A stretch of DNA of 64,000 nt from Cetorhinus maximus (lineage: Eukaryota). Below the pieces are notes generated by a model. The model was not told where the DNA came from. It saw only the letters and a list, made by a program, of their open reading frames with translations, and did no database searches. Below, piece by piece: positions 40,118-53,150 of the stretch; the stretch's first letter is position 1, and the number at the start of each line of letters is the position of its first letter. The position numbers were made by a program, and so were the translations under genes. Where the stretch lies: NCBI RefSeq assembly GCF_964194155.1, contig NC_135890.1, positions 33,976,001 through 34,040,000 on the forward strand, read 5' to 3'.

Positions 40118-40718
40118 GGGGAGGATTTTCTCCCCGTTGGGAGGGGTGGGGGGTGGTGCGGTGGTTGGGCAGGGGAGCGGGCGCGCAACTGATGGCCGCC
40201 TGCGATCAGCTGCACGCCGCCATTTTACGTGGACAGGCCAATTAAGGCCCGCCTAGCGTGACGCTCACCCGGAAGCGCCGAGCGCTTCCTATGCAGGCGG
40301 GGGTGGCAGTAGGCTGAGTCGGGACCTGCGCTCTTTTTTGCATGTGCGTGAAAGAGCGCAGAAATCTCCCTGAGGAGATTAGTTTAATTTTTAAAAATTT
40401 TAATAGAGGAAAAAAAAAATTTAAAGACATGCCCTCACATGTGACAGTGTCACATAAGCTGGGACATGTTTATGAATTTTATTAAAAATTTCTATTAATG
40501 TTTGAAAACCTTCATGAAACCTCATCCCGCCCGTGGATGGGGTTTCATGATAAATGCGAAGGCCGCCTGGACTCTACGTCTGCCCGCCAACTTTAAGGTT
40601 GGACGGGCAGCTCAGTTATGTATCTCAATTAGAATTTAAATGGTCTTAATAGGCTTTTGACAGTTCGGCGGGCACATAGCCGACTCTGCCCCCGCTCACT
40701 GACCCGAAGATTCTGCCC
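40118..40718. mobile_element. PIF/Harbinger-like MITE
   Basis: TIRs GGGGAGGATTTT...AAGATTCTGCCC, 3-bp TSD AAT/AAT, internal hairpins; homologous in opposite orientation to 63221-63885. Confidence 0.8.
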
Positions 40719-41019
40719 AATGTAAAGCATTACAACCTTCTATAATTAAAGCAAAATAGTGTGGATGCTGGAAATCTGAAATAAAAACAAAAAATGCTGG
40801 AAAATCTCAGCAGGTCTGGCAGCATTTGTGGAGAGAGAAACAAGAGTTAACGTTTGGAATACGTATGACTCCATAAGAGTCAATTTTTCAGCATTTTTTC
40901 CAGTATTTCCAGCATCTGTTTTTATTACAACCTCGTCATTTCTTTAGAATGTTTATTTTAATAGTTATGGTCATACCACTACTATTCTGCATCGTGATAT
41001 AAAGTGTGGTGGTGGTGGT

Positions 41020-41320
41020 GTGTTATAGTTCACTCAAGGAGTCTGAGTTGCTATGGCAACATGCATGTTGTAGTCTGGAGCTATGGAGAGTGATGGTAGA
41101 GGCTCCAACTTTCTTTCCATCACATGGTTGACCAGGAATCTTTCCCACTCTTACCACCTGCCAATGGCGTGTATTGGCAGGATTTGCAGGTTGACACTCA
41201 ACTTGTTTGGCCACATTATGAACGCACCTTTCTTAGCCATCAAGTCCTGGATTGGGACTTGAACCCAGAGCTGCTGGCTCAGAGGCAGGGACGCTACCCA
41301 CTGTATAACAAGACTTCCTC
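41020..41320 (-). mobile_element. tRNA-derived SINE (unclassified)
   Basis: Minus-strand head cagtgggtagcgtccctgcctctgagccag..ctgggttcaagtccc (A/B boxes); (GGT)n at the tail. Confidence 0.6.
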
Positions 41321-42169
41321 TATATAAAATGTAAGAGGATTTAATTTATGAGTTCCCTTCATGAAAGATGAAAAACAGGATATTTTGATGAAACATATTT
41401 ATGATCCATCACTGAGTATGTGGAGAAAAAGCATATCTTGCAAACCAGATTACAAACTCAAGGCACAGGATTTACAACTTGCCAGGTGCAGAGCAAGCAG
41501 CTTTCAGTTTCAAGTACTACAGTCATATAATGTTGCATGGCCAAACACATCCTCCAATTGCAAAACATCTAGAGTTATTTTCAGCAACACAGGGAGGGCT
41601 TCAGAATAGAATCAATTAATTCATAATTTGGAAAAATTTGAATAATCTTCCTTTCCAAACAATGGACCACCTAAAAATGAAAATAAAACATTTTACCAAC
41701 TGCCAATTATGATAATCTTATAACAAAATTCAAAATATTCCACAAAGCGCAGTTCAGTTTCATGTAGTAATTCCTTGGGACTTCAAGTTATTATTGTTAT
41801 AACAATACATACAATAACAACTTTATATAATGCTTCAAGAACAGCAAAATGCCCCAAAGTATTTCAGAGGCTTAATTAAAAATGGATGCTGATGCAATGG
41901 ATGATATTTGGATGGTTAACTAAAACCTCGGTGAGAAAGGTTTGAAAGTAGGGACAATTCAGGAAGGAAATATCTGAGTGTGAGTTCAAAGGAGCTGAAG
42001 GCATAGCCATTAAAGATGGGATGAGTACACAAGAGGCCAGAGTCGAGGAATGAAGTGTTTCGGGCATGATTGTAGGATCTTACAAATATAGGGAGGGGTA
42101 AAGCCATGAAAGGATTTAAACACAATGATAATCATTTTAAATTTATATTGTTGGAGATCAGAAAACCAT

Positions 42170-44232
42170 TGCAGTACATTCCTTCACTGTCGCTGAGTCA
42201 AAATCCTAGAACTCCCTCCATAACAGCACTGTGGGTGTGCCTATGCCAGAGGGACTGCAGCAGTTCAAGAAGACGGCTCACCACCACCTTCTCAAGGGCA
42301 GTTAGGGATGGGCAATAAATGCTGGCCCAGCCAGTATCGGCCACATCCCGTAAATGAATTTTTAAAAAAAATCATGGACCAATCCAGTGGAAGTCCACGG
42401 TCACCAATGCCCTCTTAGGGAATGGTACCTGAATGAGGAGGAGGTTGTTGGGGGTGCCAGGAGACAATGCAGGCCAGTGAGGGCAGGTACAACAGTACAG
42501 ACTTGCATGAGATAAAGTTCCCAAAGAGCGGAAGACATGAAACCAGCCAAATGATGGATCCTCAATGATAGGGGAGCCGAGCACATCAGTGCAAAAGACA
42601 AGGCTGAAGTATTTGCAATCATCTTCAGCCAGAAGGGCTGAGTGCTTGATCCATCTCGCCCTCCTCCTGAGATCCCCAGCATTATAGATGCCAACCTTCA
42701 GCCATTCAATCCACTCCACATGATATCAAACAATGGCTGAAGGCATTGGATACTGCAAAGACCTTGGTCCCTGACAACATTCTGGCAATAGTATTGAAGA
42801 CTTGTGCTCCAGAACTAGCTACATTCTGAGTCAAGCTGTTTTGGTATATCTACAATACTGGCATTGACCTGACAATGTGGAAAATTACCCAGTTAGGTCC
42901 TATCCACAAAAAGAATAAATCCAATACAGCCAATTACTGCTCCATCAGGCACCTCTGGATCATCAGTAACGTGATGGAAGGTGTTGTCAAGAGTGCTATC
43001 AAACAGCACTTACACAACAATAACATGCTCCCTGATGCTCAGTTTAGGTTCTGCCAGGGCCACTCAAATCCTGATCTCTTTACAGCCTTGGTCCAAACAT
43101 ATACTGAAGAGCTGAACTCAAAAGCTAAAGGTGAGAGTGATTGCCCTTGATATCAAGGCAGCATTTGACCAAGTGTGGCATCAAGGAACCCTGGCAAAAC
43201 AATGGGAATCAGGGAAAACTCTCCAAAGATGGTTGTGATTGTTGGAGGTCAAACATCTCAGCCTCAGGGCATTGCTGAAGATCCTCAGGGTAGTGTCCTG
43301 GGCCCAAACGCCTTCAGCTGCTTCGTCAATCAAAAGGTCAGAAGTGGGGACGTTCGTTGATGATTGCATAATGCTCAGTATCATTCGGAATGCCTCAGAT
43401 ACTAAAGCAGCCCATGACAATTTGCAGCAAGGTCTGGGCAACATTCAGGCTTGGGCTGATAAGTGATAAGTAACATTCACATCATATAAGTGCAATGACC
43501 ATTTCCAATAGGAAAAAATCTAACCATCTCCCCATGACATTCAATGCCATTACCATCGATGCATTACCCATCATCAACATTCTGTGGGTTACCATTGACC
43601 AGAAGCTGAACTGGACCAGTCATATAAATACAGTGGCAATAAAAGCAGGTCAGAGACTGGGAATTCTGAGTTGAGTAACTCACGTCCTGACCCACCAAAG
43701 CCTGTCCACGAGGCACAAGTCAGGATTGTAATGGAATACTCTCCACTTGCCTGAATGACTGTGGCTCCAACAACACTTAAGATGCTCAACACCATCAAGG
43801 CCAAAGCAGCTCGGTTGATTGGTATCCCATACACCAACTTAAACATTCACTCCCTCCACCACCAACACACAGTAGCATCAATGAGTACCATCTACAAGAT
43901 GCACTGCAGCAACTCACCAAGGCTCCTTCAACAGCACCTTCCAAACCAGCAACTCTATCACCTAGTAGGACAAGAACAGTACACACATAGGAGCATGACG
44001 ATCTGCAAGTACTCATCCAAGCCACACACCATCCTGTACTATATTGCCATTCTTTCACTGTCATGGGATCTAAATCCTGGAACTCCCTTCCCAGCAGCAC
44101 AGTGGGTGTACCTGCACCAGGTGAGCTGCAGCGGTTCATGGCAGCACACCACCCCTTTTCAATGGTCATTAGGGATGGACAACAAATGCTGGCCTTGCCA
44201 GTGACCCCCAAATCCCATGAAAGAATCAAAAA
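42170..44232 (+). mobile_element. HER1-type LINE (short 3' piece plus ~1.85 kb degenerate ORF2), nested within an L2-like fragment
   Basis: ORF pieces MWKITQLGPIHKK..NY, QQGLGNIQAWADK, GSKSWNSLP; 3' tail. Confidence 0.85.
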
Positions 44233-44353
44233 AATGATTCTGGAGGCATAGGCATAGGCAAGGGTTAAAATTATTAGACTAGCTGAGTTAAGGACAGATG
44301 TGGGTGATGCTATGAAAGTGAAATAAGGCAATGTTTGTAATAGACAGAATATG

Positions 44354-44831
44354 GGGCGGAATTTTATGTTGATCATGCGCCCGACCCGATCAGGCATGAA
44401 ATCGTGCAAGATGGCGTTTGGGTGATGTCCTGACGTCATTGCACACTCACATGATATTTCACTCTGCGGGCGCACGCAAAAGTTGAAGCGCAACAGCTGA
44501 CAATTAAGAGGGCAATTAGGCCCATTAACAGCACAATAACGGTGCAATTGTCTGCTTTTGTTCATCGCCCATCGAACCTTACGGTTGGCGGACGGGCAAA
44601 TTTCTGCCTTCAAAGAGCTTTCTCTCAGCGCTCATCCGCGCCCATGTTGACATCATCACCCACCCTCCTCCTGCCCCCACCTGGTTTCAGCACGCGCTTC
44701 ACACTGACTTGCTGTTAATTGTCCAACCAGTGTGAAATCATGGTCGGGGGCCAATCGTGGTCGGTGGTCCATTTCCCAGTTGCTCCCGGGCCCACCGATT
44801 GCGCCCACCCACCGAACTAAATGTTCAGGCC
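44354..44831. mobile_element. Harbinger-like MITE related to the 40118 and 63221 copies
   Basis: GGGCGGAATTTT start, ...GTTCAGGCC end, flanks ATG/ACG; shares the aattaa..ggcc..aaccttacggttggcggacgggca core. Confidence 0.6.
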
Positions 44832-46524
44832 ACGGGGTCAGAGTTGAATAGGACATTAAAGTTGAAAACTGTCTGGCTCAACTGGAACTGTGGCTGGAAT
44901 TGATGGCAAGGGAATGGAATTTATGAAAGGGGTCAAAGATACATGACTGGTTTTCCCAATGTTTCACTATAGGAAATTGCAGTTCATACAAGGTTTGATG
45001 TCAGACAAACTCTGATACAGAGAGGCAGCAGAAGAAGCCGAGAGAGGTGGTGAAGAAAAATAACAGGATTTTGCATGATGTTTAGAAGCTGACACCATTT
45101 CTGCAGAATACATTAAGAAACAGCCCTGAATTCTCCTCTCACTACCCGTCCATAAACAGAAAGGTGTTTTTGATTTCTGATTTCCCCTTTATAAGCGGTG
45201 GAATGGCATCCCCAACCCTTCAGTTTGGAGTGATCCAATCTTCTATTAATAACCCCACAGCAAACTTGAGATAAGCAAAATAAGAGGGTTAGTTTATTTT
45301 ACACACACACAAAACATGGGAAGGGGTTTTCGCAACATCCGCCCTTTATTGCACTCATACAAAAAGAGGGATAAGGGAAAGAAAGGGGATACAGGGCAAG
45401 ACCACACTATTATAATTAGAGTTATGGTTTCACGTGAATCCAGAGTCCGGAATCGAAGGTTCAATGGCATATTCCTTCAGAGGTTAGCAGGCTGAAACTT
45501 GCAGGGAGATCCGTTTTTCCAGAAGCAAGGACTTACATGGTGGAAGAAGGCATCTAGAGATGAATGAGTCTTATAGGCACCAATACAGGAGTTCCAATAC
45601 TCTGCTCTGCCATCAATGAGATCATGGCTGGTCTGATAATCCTCAATTCCACTTTCCTGCCTTTTCCCCATAACCCTTGATTCCCTTACTAATTAAAAAT
45701 ATGTCTATCTCAGATTATTGCTGGTCAAAGTGCCAAGTGGTAAACAAACTTCTCTTAAGCTCATTATCCAATCCTTCCCCAACAAATCATTAAAAAGTCT
45801 AATAAAATCATCTCCAAAAGGATTATCACTATACATGTACACACATAGAAGCCTCTTGTGCACCTAATGAATTTCCTGACGCAAAAGGATGACTGTCCCA
45901 TCAGTTCTTCTCAATCAGTAGAAAATACCAAAGACCACTAAGTATTTTACTCAGAAAGTGGCAGGAAATGTAATGTCTGCAGTTGTGCTTTAAAAATAAA
46001 AAAGACAACCTTTTGAATGTAACTTTGCTCATAAACATACTTTTGATATCATGCTACTGCAGCAGCTTTATATGTTTGGGTCTGGCAAACTAAAATCTTG
46101 TTATGACACAGGCAACAGAAGCGCAGGACAGCAGAGATGAAAGGTGGAAAATCTCCGTGACTTTTCACCTCCACCAATGCTACTCTGAACAGACAACCAG
46201 AATGAACAACACAAGTGTGAGATCCAATAAATGTTGATTAATAGTGTAAGCCTTCTGACTTGCAGGTACGACATTTCAGCATTGTGGCAAGCCAAACAAC
46301 TTTTTTGTGTATTTTCCATGTTATGATCTTCTTAAAGGCATGTTGCAAAGATGCTTACAAACATATCAAGAAGAATTTAGCCAGCTTTACTAGTGTGTTG
46401 ACTTTGCCTGTCAATCTTAATCAATAACTTTGCACATCAGCGACTCTAGCCTTTAATCAATTTTAGTGGTGCAAGAGTACAACATTGCATCATCATGACA
46501 TTGTTTTCTTTCTCCCTCTCAAAA

Positions 46525-48525
46525 AAGCAATGAACAGTTTGGGAATAAAACAGTTGAAGTCAACAGCTTATCATCCTGAGTCACAAGGGACTTTGGAAGG
46601 ATGGCATTAAACTCTAAAAACTATGAAAAAGGCATATAGTCAGGAATATCCACAGGGTTGGGGTAGGGGGAATTCCATTCTTGTTATTTGCTATTAGGGA
46701 TGCTCTAATGCATCGACTGGTTTCAGTCGTTTTGAGCTAGTTTATGGTCATGAGGTGAGAGGGCCACTGAAATTGATTCTTGAGAAATTGATGTGTCAAA
46801 ATTCAGAAACTACTCTTCTGGATTATGTATCAAACTTCAGAGAGATTGGACAGAGTGTGTGAGTTATCTCGGGAACATTTAAAGACATTACAGCATGTGA
46901 TGAAAATGAAAGCTGACAGGAAAGCTACAGCTTGTAGTTTTGTTGCTGGGGAGAAAGTATTAGTTCTGTTACCAGTACTGGGTAATTCATTAAAGGCAAG
47001 GTTTAGTGGGCCTTACAGGATTGAAAAGAAGATTAGTGAAGTGAATTATTTAATAAATACTCCAGATAGAAGAAAGGACCAGAGGGTGTGTCATGTAAAT
47101 ATGCTTAAAAAGTACTTTGACAGGTAAGAGGACCTCAAAAACAGGTATTAGTGGTGGTGGATAATGAGAAAGAAGTAGAAATGCAGGATTCTGAAATTGA
47201 TTTTCCTCTAAACAAATGGAATAATGAGGGAGTACTTGGAAATTTAAACGTGATATTGAGTTACCTTCCAGACAAGTGTCAAAGTGATTTGGAGAAGCTA
47301 TTGCAGTCAGAAAAAGATATTTGTGGAAATAAGTTGGAGGGGACAAATTTAGCTATACATGATGTGTCTGTAGAAGTTTCATCTTCACTAAGGCGACATC
47401 ATTATAGATTAAATCCGGCAAAGTTATCACAAGTACAGAAAGAAATTGAATTCATGCTTCAAAATGATATCATTGAGTCTAGTTGCAGTAACTGGAGTTT
47501 GCCTATTGTGCTGGTACCGAAACCAATTGGAACACAAAGACTGTGTGTGGACTGTCGAAAGGTGAATGCGGTGACAAAAGCGGATTCATATCCTATACCA
47601 CAGTTGGAAGGTTGTATTAATAAAGCGAGACAATCAAAATTTATCAGAAAGATTGACTCGCTAAAAGAATATTGACAAGTACTGTTATCAGCGAGGGAAA
47701 GGAGATATCAGCTTTGATGATGCCAGATGGACTGTATCAGTTTAAAGTCATGCCATTTGGTATGAAAAATGCACCTGTAACATTTCAAGGACTGGCAAAC
47801 AAAGTAACTGCAAGTCTGAGCAATTGTGCTGTTTATATTGACAATTTGATAGTTTTCAGTCAGACATGGAGCAGCATTTACAACACCTGGAAGAATTATT
47901 TATTCAGATACAAGAAGCTAATTTGGTGGTGAACTTGGCTAAAAGTGAATCTGCAAAAGCGCAAGTTATGTATCTTATGTATCAAAGTAGACTTGCAGTT
48001 ACTTTGTTTGTCAGGCCTTGAAATGTTACAGGTGCATTTTTCATACCAAACGGACATGGTAAGGTAGCTCCGAGAGATGTGAAAGTCAAGGCTATTGTGG
48101 ATTTCCGTGTGTCTACAACAAAACAAAAAATTTTGAGATTTCAGGGCATGAGTGGGTTTTATCGGAAATTTGTACCAAATGTTAGCAATGTGGTTGCTCC
48201 ACTGAACTATTAAAAACAAACAAGAGGTTTCAATGGACACAGGAGTGTCAGAAGGCATTTGACAGTTTTAAAACTGCATTAACTATGACACCAGTCTTGG
48301 CAGTACGCAATTACTCCAAATAATTTAAGTTGGCTGTTGGCGCAAGTAATATAGGCATTGGGGCCGTACTGTTATAAGATGGAGAAAATTGAATTGAAAA
48401 ACTGATAGGGTATTTTTCCAGTAAGTTGAATGTACAACAGAGAAGATATTCAATGATTGAAAAGAAGACTTTGTGTTTGGTGTTAGCGTTGCAGCATTTT
48501 GAGATTTACGTCGCAAACAATTCAT
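46525..48525 (+). mobile_element. Ty3/Gypsy LTR retrotransposon pol fragment of Gmr1 type (INT-RT-RH order), degenerate
   Basis: Integrase core LGIKQLKSTAYHPESQG (~46540), then the GPY/F module ARFSGPYRI..HVNMLKKY, RT YRLNP..LPIVLVPK..LCVDCRKVN..MPFGMKNAP..YIDN, and finally RNase H-like sequence. Confidence 0.85.
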
Positions 48526-48819
48526 CAGGGTCCCTTTTGACCTTTGCTGGCATACCATCTCGGATGGTCAAAGCTCTGCCTTAGAAATGTATAAGGGTGC
48601 TGGTGCGTTTCTTTGGAATTTGATTTTCTGCAGTCACGGGGCATTAGCACCTCTTTAAAGATAACAAGGTCCCTGCTGTTTTCTGAAGCTTAGAAATTCC
48701 TCTGGTATGAGTCATGGCTAGTCAAGCAAAAGCCTTTGATTTAAAAATAACAAAATAATTTTATAGAGTAGCCAGGTTGACGTAGATATATCTATATTTT
48801 CCTTCCTGTCTTCTGGATG

Positions 48820-49385
48820 GGATGGTACATAAATCTTTAAAAGGTGGCAGGAAAGTTGAGAAGACTGTTCACAACAGAGATCCTTGGCTTCATAAAAATT
48901 TCAGCCCAAAAGCCACGAAGTTATGCTATACCTTAATAAAATTGAATGGTTAGGCAATAACTGGAATATTGTGTTCAATTCTGGGCACCATGTTAGGAAG
49001 CTTTAGATTGAGTACAGAGGAAATTTACTCGAATGGTAGCAGGGATGCAGGACTTAGATTACATGGAAAGAAGCTGAAAATTTAATAGAAGCATTAAAAA
49101 TCATGAGTTTTGATACTTTTGCCTTACTTTGTTTCCAATGTCAGAAACCTAATTTAATGTAATTGGCAGGAGAATCAGAGGTAACATAAGGATAACTTTA
49201 AAAAAAAAACACAAGTTATGATCTGGAATGCACTGCCTGAAAAGGTGGTGGAAGCAGATTCAATAACTTTCAAAGCACAGATATATACTTGATGGGGAAA
49301 AGGGACTAATTGGATAGCTTTTTTCAAGGACCAGGCACAGACATGACTATCCAGACGGTCTCAGGAGGAACATGCTCACTTTGTA
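48820..49385 (+). mobile_element. Old CR1 LINE fragment
   Basis: ctggaatattgtgttcaattctgggcacca; tctggaatgcactgcctgaaa. Confidence 0.7.
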
Positions 49386-49775
49386 AGCTTGATGCAGAAA
49401 TACAGTACATCAAACCTATCCTGTGGGACAATGGCTGGCGATGATCAGGATAGCCAAAGATACCCACATTCCATGAACAAAAAGAGAAAAAATTGTTCGC
49501 CGTATATTGCACAAATTCATAAATGGGTCAAAGGCTGCCACCTTCGGACCTGAAATGTGTCAGGTCTACCTTAAAGTTTGCTGGAAAGGCAAAGTATTTC
49601 AAAAATTTTAACAACAGGTTAAGCAAGCTGTTTTGTGCTGCTACTATATGGAGTGACTACAAGACCGGTATTTTCCACTAACATGATTCTGCCTACCACA
49701 CAATTGAGCTACCTTGCAAATGAATTTCAGTGTCGGTGCGATGCCAGGAATACAGGCTGTACACCCCAATGATTC

Positions 49776-50094
49776 TTTTTTTTTTTTGTAAAAATATACT
49801 TTATTCATAAAAATCTTCAATCACATTCAAAACCATTTCAAAAACAACATTACAAGGGTACAATCCAGGTTAAACTTTTACAAAATGTATCACCAGGTGC
49901 ATCAGTACAAACAATATTACAGTCCTTTACAGCCTTTCATTTTGATCTGTACAGCCCGAGGGGCTCTAAACAGTTCCCAGTCTCTCGGTGCGCTGTGGTA
50001 GAAAGGTCTTAGACAGCGACCCTTCCCCATTGCGCCTTTGCGGCAGCTGCCCCAAGCTTTAGTGCGTCCCTCAGCACGTAGTCCTGGACTTTGG
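49776..50094 (-). mobile_element. 5'-truncated L1/Tx1-clade retrotransposon with poly(A) tail and 17-bp TSD
   Basis: TSD GTACACCCCAATGATTC at 49759-49775 and 50095-50111; poly(T) on + strand; minus-strand ORF end KVQDYVLRDALKLGAAAAKAQWGRVAV*. Confidence 0.85.
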
Positions 50095-50599
50095 GTACAC
50101 CCCAATGATTCGATCAGCCAAACATGCTCCTTAGGTTTCATAATAAGCAGAGTGCAGACCGTACTCAACCAGCCTATGTTTGCAAAACCACTTACTGTTA
50201 GGTGTGATTCTATGATTGGGCATTATTTGCTGAATAATCCTGAAATATGCTGATAGCTACACTAACAACCAATTTAAGATAATTAGTCAAGATCGTAATG
50301 TAGCTCATTCATATGCACAGACCTGCTTTTTGCAAACGAAAATATGTTCAAGCCTTGCACCTTATTTGAATTACCTAGGAGCTTGGGGAGACTATAGTTA
50401 CCAGTTACTTTCTCCATGGCAATACCTTGGCCAATCAAAGTCAACTTGCCATCCAATCAGCATCCCGTTTTTTTTGTCGTATAAATTGTTGTGATTGTTT
50501 GAAATTTGGCATTATTGTGTTTGTCCTGATGAGTGCAAGACAAAAAGCTTTGGAAACATGTCTCCCTTTTCAGCAATATTCAAGTTCTGTATAACCAAG

Positions 50600-51425
50600 C
50601 TACTTTTCCAAGTGCATTGTTAAGATTTCCTTAATCATAGATTCCAGCATTTTTCCAATGACTGTTGTTAGACTAACTGACCTGTAGTTCCCTGTTTTAT
50701 CTCCCCCTCCTTTCTTGAAAATTGGTGTTACATTTGCCAACTTCCAATCTAATGGGACCATTCCTGAATCAAAATAATTTTGGAAATCGTAGCTAGCCCA
50801 TCCTCTATCTCTGCAGCTATCCAAAGCGTAGGACATCAGGTCCAAGATTATTTGATTTTTACTCCCCAAGTTTCTCCTCTTTCTTTCTGCTTATGTTAAT
50901 TACCTTAATTTCCTCACTCTTTTTAGCCCCTAGATTACCCTCTATTTCTAGAATGTAACACGTGTCTTCTACTGTGAAGTCAAAAAAGTTGTTCAGTGCC
51001 TCTATCATCTCCTCATTCCCCCTAATTTCTCCTGCTTGAGGGACCAAAGTTTAGCTCCTCTCACTTTTCATATACACTTACTTTTCATATACTTTTAAAG
51101 ATCTTACTTCTTAAAAAAAATTCTGGTTCGTTGGCTCTGTTATTCTATTTTAATCAACTTTTTGGTGGTCCTTTGCTGGTTTCTAAAACACTCCCAGTCC
51201 TCAAAATTACCACTGCTCTTTGCAACTTTATAAACCTCTCCATTTAATCTAACACTATCCTTAAATTCCTGAGTAAGCCAAGACGGATCGATCTTGTTGA
51301 GTTTTTTTTTCCAATGGAATGCATTTGTGTTGAACATTTTTCATTCGTTTCTGTAATGTTTCCCACTATTCAATTAGCGCCATACCTTTTTAGTCTATCT
51401 ACCCAATCCACCTTAGCCAGTTCTC
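50600..51425 (-). mobile_element. CR1 LINE fragment (RT N-terminal region)
   Basis: VPLDWKLANVTPIFKKG..GNYRSVSLT. Confidence 0.88.
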
Positions 51426-51738
51426 CAAAAACAAATAAAGACATCGAGTGTCGGTGGAAGCTAACCAATATCAGGAATGAGATTCTTTTTTTTCCCCCCT
51501 GGTCGTCGATCTTTTTGTTCCTCCAGTCAGCAGCTTTCCCCTTTAGCTTGTCCCTGGCAGCCACAAGAGGATCAGGTTAATCCCTCTCCCCGGATTCCTG
51601 ACCCACATACTGAGCTGAGACGCCCCATTTGCACCGCTCTGCGCCAGGCTGCTCCCAGCACTGCTGTGGGTGGGCGCAGCAGCGCCCAGTTATTGGAAAC
51701 TAGAGAGACAGGGCTTCATGGCTGCATACAAAGCCGCC

Positions 51739-51788
51739 ATATATATATATATATATATACACACACTGTACGTGTGTGTGTGTGTGTT
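51739..51788. repeat. (AT)n/(AC)n/(GT)n microsatellite
   Basis: Directly visible. Confidence 0.9.
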
Positions 51789-51949
51789 TAATGTTTAAAG
51801 GTCCCGAAAGGGAGTCACGCAAATTACACACTTCCGCTACAACCAGACCTCGACCTCCAGGACATCGGCACCGCACTCGGTACACACCCATACAGACCAT
51901 TTAAAAATAAAGTCATTTAAAAGCGGGAACCCTTTTCCCCACTATGTTA

Positions 51950-53150
51950 TAAACACCCTTGCACCGCCCTCTCCTCCTCTGAAAACCGAAGCAGCCGCCG
52001 CCGCTCGAGCTCCCTGAAACCAGGCAACGGGGTTTCCCCCAAAACCCAGGGTTTATCCGCGCGCTCCTGTCGCGCGCACAGGGGGGGGGCGGAGGGGTGG
52101 TTCGGGGAGGTGGAGGGAAAGGAGATCGCTCCCTCCCTGAACCCCACAACCCCTTCCTGGTTCGCCAATTGGTGGAGAGAGCCGAGCGATCATTCCACCT
52201 GGCAGCCCGCTCAGCCAACGGCAGCCGGCCGGCGCATGACGTTGACGCCTCCGACGTCTTGTGTAAGCGAAACGGTGCATTGTTGTTGAAGAAGCGCAAA
52301 AAGAGCCTCTTCTAACAGAGCAGCAAACGAGCGCGAGAGAAAATTATTCAGGCCAGGGAGGGAGAAGGGGAGGTTGGTGCTGTCGAATGTTCGCACGTTC
52401 CGTGACAGTTGGCCGTGGAACGCGAGCAGCAGCAGCAAGAGGAAGCGGCGCGCGGGCGGGCTCGAGGGTCCTGGCGCGCGGGGCCGAGGCTGCCGTGTTT
52501 TCATTCGCCCGGGAGCAGCGTCTCGGGAGCGCGCTCGGTCCGTTTGATGAACGGCCTCGAGAGAGCCGAGCGGAGCTGGGGCCTGCACAGAGAGGGCGCG
52601 TCAGTTCAGTCCGGTGACACACACATACACACCCGGGAGAGGAACTAAGAAGCAATAGGCGGGGGTAAGTCTGCCCTTTTGCACACCGCCGAACGAGAGG
52701 AATGGTGGAGGTGACTGTTAAGCTGACGGATAGAGGGAGGGGGAGTGGAGTAGCCGCTGTTACCTTTTCCTGCTTCTTGTTTTGTTGGACGCCATTTTAT
52801 TTTTTTTCCTTCTCTCTTTTGCTAAGATTGAGTTTGTCGGGGAGTTGAGGCCGGGCCGCTGAAAGCGGGCGGGATGGATGGCGCGTAGTTTTAGTGGGAG
52901 GAGCCGTGAGGCGATGGTGTTGGTATGGCCGAGCCCCGCGGCTCGTTCCCTCTCCCTCTCTCTCTCGCGGCTGAGGGCCGCGCGCTGCCGCCGCTCCATT
53001 CAAACAGGTGACGCGCTGACGTCACCCCCACCCGGGCCGGGAGCCACTTCCGGGTTTATAACAACTCCCCCCCCCCCCCCCCCCATGCGTAACAGCTCTG
53101 GGCCCCTCTCTTCCCAATTTAAAACTCCCTTCGTGGCTGCACTCCACCCA
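51950..53150. promoter_or_regulatory. CpG-island promoter of BRD1 (probably bidirectional)
   Basis: Sharp GC/CpG enrichment. Perfect CRE TGACGTCA at 53017-53024, ETS-type ACTTCCGG at ~53046, minus-strand YY1-type AAAATGGCG at 52790-52798. Candidate + strand non-coding exon donors after 52664 (ggg|gtaagt) and 53007 (cag|gtgacg). Confidence 0.8.

Noticed and set aside
43795-44613. 272-aa minus-strand ORF
   Set aside because: Runs antisense across a LINE and into a MITE; a chance read-through.
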